NCBI GenBank assembly: GCA_027624855.1
Contig: JAQBTQ010000012.1
Location: 1,724 to 65,723, forward strand
Reading direction: 5' to 3'
From: Bacteroidota bacterium
GTDB lineage: Bacteria; Bacteroidota; Bacteroidia; Flavobacteriales_D; Sanyastnellaceae
DNA: 64,000 nt
Below, piece after piece: positions 35,533 to 48,227 of the stretch; within the stretch, counting starts at the first letter, position 1, and each line of letters begins with the position of its first letter. The position numbers and the translations under genes were made by a program. Under the pieces are notes generated by a model. The model worked only from the letters and a program-made list of their open reading frames with translations. It did not search any database and had not been told where the DNA came from.

Positions 35533-37611
35533 GTGAAAATTGCGCTTGTCGGAAATCCAAACTGTGGAAAAACCACCCTTTTCAATCGACTAACGGGTCG
35601 GAGGGCCAAGGTGGGCAACATGCCAGGCGTTACTGTTGAACGAAGCGAAGCCCCTTTTAAATTCAATCCTGAGTTTCTCTTGATTGACCTCCCTGGGACG
35701 TATAGTTTGTTCGCTCAATCTGGAGATGAACAAGTCACTCAGGAAGCCATATTAAATGACAAAATTGCTCCCGACGCTGTATGGATTATCCTCGATAGCG
35801 CGCATGTTCGCAGTAGCTTATTCTTGGCATTGCAGGTTCTTGAAATGGGGATTCCCACCGTTTTGATCATCAATCAAACGGATCAATCAACAATTCATTT
35901 AAACCTGCTTTCGGACTGGCTTGGGGTCCCTGCCATTGCCCTCAACTTTGAAAAAGATCGTGCAGACCAGATGCACAAAGCTTTGTCTATTCTGCAGCCG
36001 GAGGTCAGTTCGTACCGCGTTCCGCAAAATACACCGATTGAATGGGAGGGAGCATTTGAAATTTTGAAAGCATCGATTCCGGGCGAAACACCCGCCAAAT
36101 ATTCCTGGTATTTGCGTTCCAAAGGTGTTCCAAAATGGTTGTCACCAAACCAAAAAGCAGCGCTTGATCTCGCTCGAGACGAGGTCCCTTATTCTCCGGC
36201 AAAAATGCAATTGGAAGAAGCCGGGTGGCGCATGCAGCACATTCGTGAACAAGCCCCAAAAATCATCCCTGGCGGCCCCGAATACCCTTGGGAAGAATCG
36301 GCCAAGCAGACCACTCGATTGGATGAAGTGCTCACCCATCCAATTTGGGGTCATGTCATTCTAGCGGTGGTCTTTTTTACCATATTCCAGGCGGTGTATG
36401 CATGGGCTGAATGGCCCATGGATTGGATTGATGGTTTATTTGGTAAAATCCATGCTTTCGCAGACCAACAGCTCCCAAGCACTTGGTGGAAACGCTTATT
36501 GCTTGATGGGATATTGAACGGCATTGCTGGGATTGTGGTCTTTGTCCCACAAATCATGATCCTGTTTGGCTTAACCAGTGCCCTAGAAGCCACTGGCTAT
36601 ATGGCCCGCGTCGGATTTCTCGGAGACCGATTACTCCAAAGACTGGGGTTGAGCGGAAGATCTGTCGTGCCGCTAGTTGGCGGCATGGCCTGTGCCGTTC
36701 CAGCGGTCATGGCTGCTCGAACCATCCAAGGAAAGAGGGAGCGATTGATTACCATATTGATCACTCCATTGATGACCTGCTCAGCCCGCCTGCCCGTTTA
36801 TGCCTTCTTGATTGGGTTCGTCGTTGCTGATGAAAAAGTGCTCGGAGGCATGTTTAATCTGCAAGGGCTGTTTTTATTTGGTCTTTATGTGTTTAGCACC
36901 CTCTCTGCACTTGCGCTAGCATGGCTGCTACATCGCGGGCTTCCGACCAAATCCGAAGGCCAATTTACCCTTGAATGGCCCACTTACCGTTGGCCCCGAC
37001 CCGTTGAAGTTGGGCGTGAAATGATTACAAAAGGCTGGAGTTTCGTCTCCAATGCCGGACAAGTGATTCTCGTCATTTCGATGGTGTTGTGGGCGCTTGG
37101 GGAATTTGGGCCAGCAGACTCCATGCAAGCCCTTGATGAACAGTTTTCGGAAGAACGAACGCCGGAAGAACAAGTTGAGTGGGAAGCCGCGAAACTGGAA
37201 GCCTCCTGGCTTGGGCATTTTGGGAGATGGATTGAGCCCGCCTTCAAACCATTGGGTTATGATGGTCGAATGGGCATTGCCATCATCAGTTCATTTGCTG
37301 CAAGGGAGGTTTTTGTTGGAACCATGTCTGCACTATTCCCATCTGCAGATCAGGCAGAATCAGACGAAGGGCGGATCCGCCAATTGCAACGACGGTTAAC
37401 ACAAGAAATTCATCCTTCAACAGGCAAACCGCTGCTAAATACTGCATCCGCCGTTTCGCTCATTCTTTTTTACATGTACGCCATGCAATGCATGAGCACC
37501 GTTGTGATTGTGAGAAAAGAATTGGATAGTTGGCCCTGGGCAATCAGTCAAGCAATCGGATTTTCACTGTTCGCTTATGGTCTTGCTTTGCTCACCTATC
37601 AGCTTTTCTGA
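35533..37611 (+). CDS. feoB: Ferrous iron transporter FeoB
   Basis: A GTG start gives MKIALVGNPNCGKTTLFN (G1), then DLPGTYS (G3), NQTD (G4), and a polytopic membrane domain of about 450 aa. Confidence 0.94.
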   Translation: MKIALVGNPNCGKTTLFNRLTGRRAKVGNMPGVTVERSEAPFKFNPEFLLIDLPGTYSLFAQSGDEQVTQEAILNDKIAPDAVWIILDSAHVRSSLFLALQVLEMGIPTVLIINQTDQSTIHLNLLSDWLGVPAIALNFEKDRADQMHKALSILQPEVSSYRVPQNTPIEWEGAFEILKASIPGETPAKYSWYLRSKGVPKWLSPNQKAALDLARDEVPYSPAKMQLEEAGWRMQHIREQAPKIIPGGPEYPWEESAKQTTRLDEVLTHPIWGHVILAVVFFTIFQAVYAWAEWPMDWIDGLFGKIHAFADQQLPSTWWKRLLLDGILNGIAGIVVFVPQIMILFGLTSALEATGYMARVGFLGDRLLQRLGLSGRSVVPLVGGMACAVPAVMAARTIQGKRERLITILITPLMTCSARLPVYAFLIGFVVADEKVLGGMFNLQGLFLFGLYVFSTLSALALAWLLHRGLPTKSEGQFTLEWPTYRWPRPVEVGREMITKGWSFVSNAGQVILVISMVLWALGEFGPADSMQALDEQFSEERTPEEQVEWEAAKLEASWLGHFGRWIEPAFKPLGYDGRMGIAIISSFAAREVFVGTMSALFPSADQAESDEGRIRQLQRRLTQEIHPSTGKPLLNTASAVSLILFYMYAMQCMSTVVIVRKELDSWPWAISQAIGFSLFAYGLALLTYQLF

Positions 37612-37617
37612 TTAGGA

Positions 37618-37905
37618 TCATCCAGCAATCAGCTGTGATGCTTCTTGAGCAATGCCTTCATTCACCGAACCGGCCACCATTGGAAGCATCCAAAGCAATC
37701 GCGCCGCCTCCCTTCGAAGCGCCACCTTCCTTCCTCCAGAAAATATCGCCATGGGTCCGTTCCCTGGAGCCACATGCGCCACCGTCACTTCTTCGCCCGG
37801 GCAGCATCCCATTTCAACCAGAGCCATTGCGGCTTCCGGACATTCGATATGACCGATGACTCCGCGCTCTTGGGGCTTCATTTCCGAAAGGCGTTTTGCT
37901 TTCAT
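37618..37905 (-). CDS. feoA: FeoA-family protein
   Basis: The ATG at 37905 gives MKAKRLSEMKPQERGVIGHIE..., LVEMGCCPGEEVTVAHVAPGNGPMAIFSGGRKVALRREAARLL. This follows the FeoA SH3-like pattern (LS.L.PGE.G.I......L...G..PG..V.V....P...P). Confidence 0.78.
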   Translation of the reverse strand: MKAKRLSEMKPQERGVIGHIECPEAAMALVEMGCCPGEEVTVAHVAPGNGPMAIFSGGRKVALRREAARLLWMLPMVAGSVNEGIAQEASQLIAG

Positions 37906-37951
37906 GGCAGTAAATTTACTTCCTCGTACCTTGTGCACATATCCCTCGAAC

Positions 37952-39478
37952 ATGGTATTTAGAACGAATTTAAATTATAACGTGGTTTGGATTTGCATGA
38001 TCTTTCAATGCATCATGCACTCTACCAATGGACAAAACCTTGTTTTTGTTCCCTCAGGTGACCCGATTGAAATCGCCCCCAACTCCTTCGGCAACAAAGC
38101 CCTTCGCATGGTTTTGAATGCTGAAGAGGAGCCTGTCATTGCCTTTGGCACCAACGGCCACCTCTACGTCACCCGATGGGAAAGCGGAAGCGGACAGTTT
38201 TCTGATCCCATTGAAATCGATCCAAACGAGAATGTATTCATGTCCGATTCAGAAGGCCCTCGCATGGCTAGTCAAGGAGATTACATCATTTTGACCTACC
38301 AATTGTCAGGTCAATGGGCAGATGGGGCGCGAAGTGTTCATTCCACCGATGGCGGACTCACTTGGTCTGAACCTGTTCCAATGGTAACCAATCCTTCCGA
38401 AGATCACTTCATGCCATGCGTAGCCATCGATGATGATGGCAATCCATTCGCGGGCGTCAAGGTGGGAAACAATCCTGCGACCATCTACGAAGGGATTCTG
38501 CATTCCCCAGATGGAGGCATGACGTGGCTCGATGCCGTCAATGCAAGTGATGCCGCAGATGGAAATGCCATGTGCGAATGCTGCCCTTCACTGCCATTTT
38601 GGGCTGAAGGGAGGTACTATGATTTGGTTCGAAATAATAACAGCAACATGCGTGATTTTTGGTTGATGAGTTCGGCGGATGGGGCGAACTGGTCAGACGC
38701 CATTGACATTGATCCCACCGATTGGATGATCAGTAGTTGTCCTGCTAGCGGGCCTACTCTTGCAGGCCCAGTCAATGATTCAGAATATTTGGTTGCCTTC
38801 ATGTCGGCTGGGGGGGCTTCGGGCCAATCCCGCGTATACGTTTCTCAAGTTGACCTGGCTGCAAATGATGGCGCAGGTGCATGGTTGCTCACTGAACCTG
38901 TAACCCTCAATCAATTCGAAAACGCCACACAAAATGTCCCCGTTTTTGCCCAATGGAACGGTGGGGATTCGCCGCTCGTCGCCCTTGCTTGGGAGCAAAA
39001 TACGTCAGGATATGACATTCAGTTGGCCATATCCAATGGCAGCGACCTTGTGCTGACTGATATCGCACAAAATATCACAGAAGAATGGTCTGGACAGCAC
39101 AGGCGACCGGCCATTGCCTTTTCAACTGATGATGATGGTCAGGCAAAATTGCATTTGGCCTGGCAGCACAGTGCCAGCGGAACGATTCATTACATGAGTG
39201 GAAGCGTGACCACTCCATCCATCGTCATTTGCTTCGCGGAACCCGAACCGCAAATCATGCAAGAATCTTCAGGGGTTCGGATTCAATTGACTGAAGGGTG
39301 GATGCCCGCACGTTGGAACGTTTGGGACATCACGGGACGACTGGTGGAAACCGGCTCCTATGATCCATTCGAAGGAGCATGGATACCAAATGATCGACTG
39401 CCTTCCCACGCCATTATCGGGGTTGAAACCGAAAATGGTGCACGTTGGGCGCAAAGCATACAGCGGATGGGTCAATAA
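37952..39478 (+). CDS. Secreted BNR/Asp-box repeat protein (sialidase-like beta-propeller) with a divergent T9SS-type C-terminus
   Basis: The ATG at 37952 gives a signal-like N-terminus. Asp-boxes are present (STDGGLTWSEP, SPDGGMTWLD and SSADGANWSDA). The tail (WNVWDITGRLVETGSY...) resembles a T9SS C-terminal domain. Confidence 0.75.
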   Translation: MVFRTNLNYNVVWICMIFQCIMHSTNGQNLVFVPSGDPIEIAPNSFGNKALRMVLNAEEEPVIAFGTNGHLYVTRWESGSGQFSDPIEIDPNENVFMSDSEGPRMASQGDYIILTYQLSGQWADGARSVHSTDGGLTWSEPVPMVTNPSEDHFMPCVAIDDDGNPFAGVKVGNNPATIYEGILHSPDGGMTWLDAVNASDAADGNAMCECCPSLPFWAEGRYYDLVRNNNSNMRDFWLMSSADGANWSDAIDIDPTDWMISSCPASGPTLAGPVNDSEYLVAFMSAGGASGQSRVYVSQVDLAANDGAGAWLLTEPVTLNQFENATQNVPVFAQWNGGDSPLVALAWEQNTSGYDIQLAISNGSDLVLTDIAQNITEEWSGQHRRPAIAFSTDDDGQAKLHLAWQHSASGTIHYMSGSVTTPSIVICFAEPEPQIMQESSGVRIQLTEGWMPARWNVWDITGRLVETGSYDPFEGAWIPNDRLPSHAIIGVETENGARWAQSIQRMGQ

Positions 39479-39482
39479 AGGC

Positions 39483-41135
39483 CTAGCTCCAAAACATCCC
39501 GTAAAGCGCTGCCAAAATCACCATTACTGCAAATGCCCCAGCATTGAAGAGCGGGCTCGTCTTGAAAGTAGAGCTTGAAATGGCGATTCCTTTGGCATCG
39601 TCGCTTCCTTGGTTTTCTCGCCAACTCACAATGGCAATCACTGCCATTGTCAACAAGGTCGTATAGCCCATTTGATCCAAGAAGGGCAGGTCTAAAAACA
39701 GAGCCGCCTCAGACCACCCTTTGGGCGCTACCTTGAAATACATAGCAATTGGAATGGAGGATAGCGCCCCCACAATCGCCCCGCGGTTGGTTGTCTTTTT
39801 CCAGAATAAACCCAATAGAAATACGGCCAAAATTCCCGGACTCACCACGCCTGTATATTCTTGTATGAACTGGAAAGCTTGATCTATTCCGCCTAATAAT
39901 GGCGCCATCACACAGGCGACCAATAGCGCCACAACCGCAGCAATCCGACCTGTTTTCACCATGCTACGATCATTCGCTGTCGGATTGATGTATTGTTTGT
40001 AGATGTCCATGGTAAAAATCGTTGACGTTGAATTCAACATCGAGGCAAGCGAGGAGACGATTGCGGCAGCAAGCGCTGCAAATGCCAGTCCTTTGAGTCC
40101 TGCTGGCAAGAACTGAAGCAACCAGGGGTATGCCTTATCCGCTTGATCCAATGTAGGAAGTCCGTTCGTCGCATCTGCACCCAGGGTTCCCATGATTTCC
40201 GGGTCCTTGATGATCACAAAAGCCGCAATGCCAGGAATCACGACAATCAAAGGCAAAATCAACTTCAATCCAGCTGCAAACAAAATGCCGTGCTGTGCCT
40301 CCTTGAGGGATTTTGCCGCCAACGTCCGCTGAATGATGTACTGATTGAATCCCCAGTAATAGATGTTCGCCACCCACATGCCCCCGACGAGCACCCCAAT
40401 GCCTGGTAAATTCTTGTATTCCGGGTGGCCTTGGTCTAAAATCATGGCAAATTTATCCGGAGCTTTCTCGTAGATCACCTGAAATCCTGCCCACATTCCT
40501 TGTCCATTTGAAACCAAATCCAATGCTAAACACGTGGTCACCAAACCGCCTAGGATCAGGAAAAATACCTGGATCACATCTGTCCAAGACACTGCAGATA
40601 ACCCCCCATACAAGGAATACGCTGCTGCAAACAATGCCAATCCTAGGACCCCATAAACCATAGGAATGTCCATGATGGTTTCGAGGGCCAGTGATCCCAA
40701 ATAGAGCACTGATGCCAAATTGACGAACACATACAAAGCGATCCAGAATACTGCCAAGATGGTTTTGAGTTGAGCCGAGAATCGTTTTTCAACGAATTCC
40801 GGGATTGTGTAGAGTCCTTTCTCTATGAAAATGGGCAAAAAGAACTTCCCTACAATAATGAGCGTCAAAGCAGCCATCCATTCATAGGATGCTATGGCAA
40901 GTCCCAAACTGAATCCCGAACCCGACATGCCAATGAATTGCTCCGCAGAAATATTCGCAGCAATCAATGAAGCACCAATGGCCCACCATGGCAACGATTT
41001 ACTGGCTAAAAAATAATCTTCAGCACTTTTTTCTTTTCCATCCTTGTTTCTCGACACCCATAATCCCACTCCGAGAATCAAGACTGCATAACCAATGAAG
41101 ATGATGTAATCCGTGATAGAAAATTGAGCCGTCAT
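39483..41135 (-). CDS. Sodium:solute symporter (SSS family, sugar-type)
   Basis: About 14 transmembrane segments. The sequence has DYFLASKSLPWWAIGASLIAANISAEQFIGMSG, the typical SSS N-terminal signature. I prefer the start at 41135 (MTAQFSITDY); the track start is 41171. Confidence 0.9.
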   Translation of the reverse strand: MTAQFSITDYIIFIGYAVLILGVGLWVSRNKDGKEKSAEDYFLASKSLPWWAIGASLIAANISAEQFIGMSGSGFSLGLAIASYEWMAALTLIIVGKFFLPIFIEKGLYTIPEFVEKRFSAQLKTILAVFWIALYVFVNLASVLYLGSLALETIMDIPMVYGVLGLALFAAAYSLYGGLSAVSWTDVIQVFFLILGGLVTTCLALDLVSNGQGMWAGFQVIYEKAPDKFAMILDQGHPEYKNLPGIGVLVGGMWVANIYYWGFNQYIIQRTLAAKSLKEAQHGILFAAGLKLILPLIVVIPGIAAFVIIKDPEIMGTLGADATNGLPTLDQADKAYPWLLQFLPAGLKGLAFAALAAAIVSSLASMLNSTSTIFTMDIYKQYINPTANDRSMVKTGRIAAVVALLVACVMAPLLGGIDQAFQFIQEYTGVVSPGILAVFLLGLFWKKTTNRGAIVGALSSIPIAMYFKVAPKGWSEAALFLDLPFLDQMGYTTLLTMAVIAIVSWRENQGSDDAKGIAISSSTFKTSPLFNAGAFAVMVILAALYGMFWS

Positions 41136-41184
41136 GAAAGAAAGGAATTGAATGAGAAGGATCGAGCACATTTCACGATCTTGA

Positions 41185-44409
<3,225 letters not shown>

Positions 44410-44473
44410 AGCACTGCTCCTAAAAGTTAATCCCCCGCCTGCCCGAAAGCTGACGAGGGATTTCCAAGGGTTG

Positions 44474-44547
<74 letters not shown>

Positions 44548-44659
44548 TCCTCCAATGAAATGGACGGCGAAGATACGAAAATCTTTTCGTGCAAAGCTTG
44601 CAAAACCATGATCATAAGCGATTGCCTCAGTGCTTAATTTTACCCTTTACGTTATACTT

Positions 44660-45757
44660 ATGCATTTACCCATCATCCGATTCAATCGAACGCCATCAGA
44701 ATTCAGTAAGATTCTCAAAGAGCGAATCGATGCTTACTTCAAGGAAAACAACAAAAGCCGCCATGGCGACTGGCGCATGTACCTCAAAACGGCATGCATG
44801 ATGGCCCTGTTTTTCGTTCCTTGGGGCTTCATCACATTTGGTGCAGTTGGCAATGGCTGGGCCTTTTGGACGTTGGAGGTCATCATGGGGGTTGGTTTGG
44901 CAGGCATTGGATTGAATGTCATGCACGATGCAAATCACGGAGCGTTTAGCTCCAATAAACGCGTGAATCAATTCATTGGGTATGTCCTAGACTTGGTCGG
45001 TGGCAACTCGACCATGTGGAAAATCCAACACAACGTATTGCACCATTCGTTCACCAACATTGAAGGATTGGATGAAGACATTGATACCCCCGGAATTCTG
45101 CGTTTCAGCCCAAATCGTCCGCTGAAAAAAATCCACAAGTTTCAATTCATCTACGCCTGGTTTTTCTACGGCTTAATGACCCTGCATTGGATGACCGCAA
45201 AGGATTGGATGGCGCTGGCGCGATATCGAAAAAAAGGCCTTCTCAAGTCAACAGGTACCCATGCTGGCAAAGCCGCCTGGAAGATGGCTGTGACCAAATT
45301 GATGTATTTCAGCTACATCTTGGTTCTTCCTTGGTTTTTTAGCGGTGTGGCCTTATGGCAACTCCTCCTAGGTTGGGTTGTGATGCACGCCGTGACTGGA
45401 ATCATATTAGCCAGCATTTTCCAACCCGCACACGTTTTGGAAGATTTGCAATTCGCCCATGCCGAAAAGGGATCAAAAATGGAGGATGATGCACTTTCAC
45501 ACCAACTGAAATCCACGGCAAATTTTGGAACCCGCTCACGGTTTTTCACTTGGGTCTGTGGCGGGCTGAATCACCAAATCGAACACCATCTCTTCCCAAA
45601 TATTTGCCATATTCATTTTCGCAAAATCGCCCCCATCGTAAAGCGAACAGCGGAAGAATTTGGTTTGCCCTATCGATCATCTACAACTTTTGCCGGTGCC
45701 TTGATGCTTCATACCCGGATGCTCTGGAAACTCGGACGTCAGAAACAATGGGCCTGA
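44660..45757 (+). CDS. Membrane fatty acid desaturase (three His boxes, Q-type third box)
   Basis: The His boxes are HDANH, HNVLHH and NHQIEHHLFP. There are four hydrophobic spans and no fused cytochrome b5 domain. I prefer the ATG at 44660 over the GTG at 44630. Confidence 0.88.
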   Translation: MHLPIIRFNRTPSEFSKILKERIDAYFKENNKSRHGDWRMYLKTACMMALFFVPWGFITFGAVGNGWAFWTLEVIMGVGLAGIGLNVMHDANHGAFSSNKRVNQFIGYVLDLVGGNSTMWKIQHNVLHHSFTNIEGLDEDIDTPGILRFSPNRPLKKIHKFQFIYAWFFYGLMTLHWMTAKDWMALARYRKKGLLKSTGTHAGKAAWKMAVTKLMYFSYILVLPWFFSGVALWQLLLGWVVMHAVTGIILASIFQPAHVLEDLQFAHAEKGSKMEDDALSHQLKSTANFGTRSRFFTWVCGGLNHQIEHHLFPNICHIHFRKIAPIVKRTAEEFGLPYRSSTTFAGALMLHTRMLWKLGRQKQWA

Positions 45758-45859
45758 ACTTGCTATTTGCACATTTCCATTGAGGTAGCATTGGGAATCT
45801 CACGCGCTTTTTATTAAATTGAGAGAATCTCTTGATTGTCAATTTATTAAGATAAAGCC

Positions 45860-47878
45860 ATGCGCCTTGTTTCAATTTCTTTCTTGCTGACGTTTTTGAT
45901 GGTCTGCAATCCCCAAAGTTGGGGACAACGCTCTTGTGCCACTGACTCCGTCCATGCCCAGATGATGGGACTGGCCGGTTATGCTGAGGTATTCCAAAAC
46001 AAGGTGAACCTCGTAAATCAGGCTGCTGAAAGTGGAGCCATGGATTGTGCCACGCCACTCATCATACCCGTTGCTGTGCATTTCCAAAACACAGGGATTC
46101 CAGAAGCCTGCGCGATTGACATGGCGCTTGATCAAATTGAAATTTTGAACCAGGACTTTGCAGCTATCAATCCCGACATTTCCCAATGGTATGCGCAACA
46201 ACCGTCGATTTGGCCGGACATCAGTAACGCAGAATCGTGCATTCAATTTTGCTTGGCCACCTCGGATCATCCAGCTGGGTTTGGCTTAGCTGAAGGAGAT
46301 TATGCGGTGACCATTGACCAAACCACAGGTGACTTCAATTCTTCGTGGTCAGGTTATCTCAATTTTTGGGTTCGTGATATCGGACCTTTGGGTTATTCGC
46401 CATTGGGAGGAAACGGAAATGGCGATGGCGTGACCTGCCATCCACAGGCTTTCTCAAGCATATCATGCGGTGGGAACTCCTTGTACGGAGCCTACAACTT
46501 AGGGCGAACCATTACCCACGAAGTAGGGCATTACTTGCTCCTGAACCATCCATGGGGCAACGGTGGTTGTTCTTCAACGGATAACGTTGCCGACACTCCG
46601 GTCACGAGTGAACCCATCTTCGGCTGCCCATCCGGACAGAGTATTGTCAACTGCACTGAGCCAGTGCTTTGGCCTTCTTACATGGATTACTGCAATGACG
46701 CATGCCTGTTTATGTTTTCGGCAGGTCAAGTCACACGCATGGAAAATTACGTGACGTCATCGCTGCAAAATTTGCTGAATAATTCTGTGACAGCCTGCCA
46801 AGATCCCTGTGATACCGCTTGTGGGTGTACGGACCCCGATGCCTGCAATTATGATGCTGCAGCCGCGAATGACGACGGTTCTTGTGATTACAGTTGTCAG
46901 GGCTGTACCGACAGCACTGCCTGCAATTATGATCCTGATGCTACGGATGATGATGGGTCTTGCGTGTTTCCCACCGAAGGCTTTCCGTGCGACTGCAATT
47001 TGGACCTTGATTTCAACCTAACCAACGCCGGAACTGGGGTAGGTGATGCGGAAATCGTCGCAGCTACAGCCACATCAAATGTCACTTCATTTTCGATTGA
47101 GTTGACCTACTCCGATGTTTCGGGAGGAAGCTGGGCTGGAGACTTGTTGCTGGGCATTTGCGATCCCAATGGAACCTGCATTGAAATCGGAGGCTACAAC
47201 ATGTCATACGGCTACACCGACGCCGGCGGATGGCCTGCAGGTTGGAACTCCGAGGCTGCCGGCACATACACAGCGACAATTAACGTGTCGAGCTACGGTT
47301 TAACAGGAGCGGGGGACTGGTCGTTCGAGTGGATTAACGGCTGGAGTAGCACCACTGCTTCTGCCACTTGGGTTGGGTCAATGACGATTGAGGACCTTTG
47401 CCCAGGAGTAGTCGGGGAAGATGTGGAAGGATGCACGGATTCAACTGCCTGTAATTATAATGCTGCCGCAACCCTCGATGATGCGTCATGCGCTTACGCC
47501 AGCGGCTGTGATTACTGTTCTGGTGAAGTTGATGGCACCGGAACCATTGTGGATGGCGATGCCGATGATGACTCGGTTTGCGATGAAAACGAAATCGAAG
47601 GGTGTCAAGATCCAGAGGCGTGCAATTACGACGACTCCGCTACTGATCCTGCAACCTGTGAATATGCAGCTGAAGGCTTTGATTGCGACGGAAACCCCTC
47701 AGGCGGTTGCCCTGAGGACATCAACGGAAACGGTACCGTTGAAGTGGCTGATGTTTTGTTGTTGCTTGCCGAATTCGGATGCACCTCCAATTGTTCAGCT
47801 GCTGACATCGACGGAGACGGCGCAGTCAGCGTTTCAGACATCTTGATGTTGTTGGCTGCGTTTGGAGAGGAGTGCTAA
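45860..47878 (+). CDS. Secreted M43 (pappalysin/cytophagalysin-type) zinc metalloprotease with Cys-rich modules and a C-terminal double dockerin-like segment
   Basis: Signal peptide; zinc site HEVGHYLLLNH; DNVADTP; a Met-turn region SYMDYCND...FSAGQVTRM; CTD..ACNYD modules; a C-terminal DINGNGTVEVADVLLLLAEFG...DIDGDGAVSVSDILMLLAAFGEEC. Confidence 0.85.
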   Translation: MRLVSISFLLTFLMVCNPQSWGQRSCATDSVHAQMMGLAGYAEVFQNKVNLVNQAAESGAMDCATPLIIPVAVHFQNTGIPEACAIDMALDQIEILNQDFAAINPDISQWYAQQPSIWPDISNAESCIQFCLATSDHPAGFGLAEGDYAVTIDQTTGDFNSSWSGYLNFWVRDIGPLGYSPLGGNGNGDGVTCHPQAFSSISCGGNSLYGAYNLGRTITHEVGHYLLLNHPWGNGGCSSTDNVADTPVTSEPIFGCPSGQSIVNCTEPVLWPSYMDYCNDACLFMFSAGQVTRMENYVTSSLQNLLNNSVTACQDPCDTACGCTDPDACNYDAAAANDDGSCDYSCQGCTDSTACNYDPDATDDDGSCVFPTEGFPCDCNLDLDFNLTNAGTGVGDAEIVAATATSNVTSFSIELTYSDVSGGSWAGDLLLGICDPNGTCIEIGGYNMSYGYTDAGGWPAGWNSEAAGTYTATINVSSYGLTGAGDWSFEWINGWSSTTASATWVGSMTIEDLCPGVVGEDVEGCTDSTACNYNAAATLDDASCAYASGCDYCSGEVDGTGTIVDGDADDDSVCDENEIEGCQDPEACNYDDSATDPATCEYAAEGFDCDGNPSGGCPEDINGNGTVEVADVLLLLAEFGCTSNCSAADIDGDGAVSVSDILMLLAAFGEEC

Positions 47879-48171
47879 CGGTCAGGTCGGTTTGGATCAC
47901 GGTTTTGCCCTGAAGCAATCCGTTATTCATTGTTCTTGAGGGATAACTCAGAAGTTTAAAGCATCGGACGAAGGCATCGTAAAGCTTGTGCCAATCAGCA
48001 GCAGATTGAATGCAGCATGAGCATTTACTCGATTCCTTTTTGGGATAATTGATCATAGTGCAAAAATTCACCCATTGCTCACAAGCACCATGAAATGCGC
48101 ATTGAATCCCTTTGTAAAAACGACTAGAACTTTGAATCAATAATGACTCATTGATTCTTTTCTCAAAAGAA

Positions 48172-48197
48172 AAAGGCCCGACTGTTCGTGGGCCTTT
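48172..48197. terminator. Bidirectional rho-independent terminator hairpin in a convergent gap
   Basis: AAAGGCCC-gactgttcgt-GGGCCTTT forms an 8-bp GC-rich stem. It has an A-run upstream and a T-rich run downstream. It begins 31 nt past the stop of the minus-strand 114-aa gene. Confidence 0.55.
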
Positions 48198-48227
48198 CTC
48201 ATTCAATATCATTAAATACTTTACTTC

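Noticed and set aside
35307-35666. 119-aa minus-strand ORF spanning the junction between the M23 gene and feoB.
   Set aside because: It overlaps the conserved LytM C-terminus and the FeoB G1 motif on the opposite strand and has no recognisable features.
37530-37962. Plus-strand ORFs (109, 105 and 66 aa) opposite feoA.
   Set aside because: The minus-strand frame gives a convincing FeoA sequence. The plus-strand products are low-complexity Pro/Ser/Arg-rich shadows.
47826-48212. 128-aa minus-strand ORF as a real gene.
   Set aside because: Its 5' part contains the terminator hairpin and its 3' end overlaps the protease gene by 53 nt. At best it is a gene remnant.
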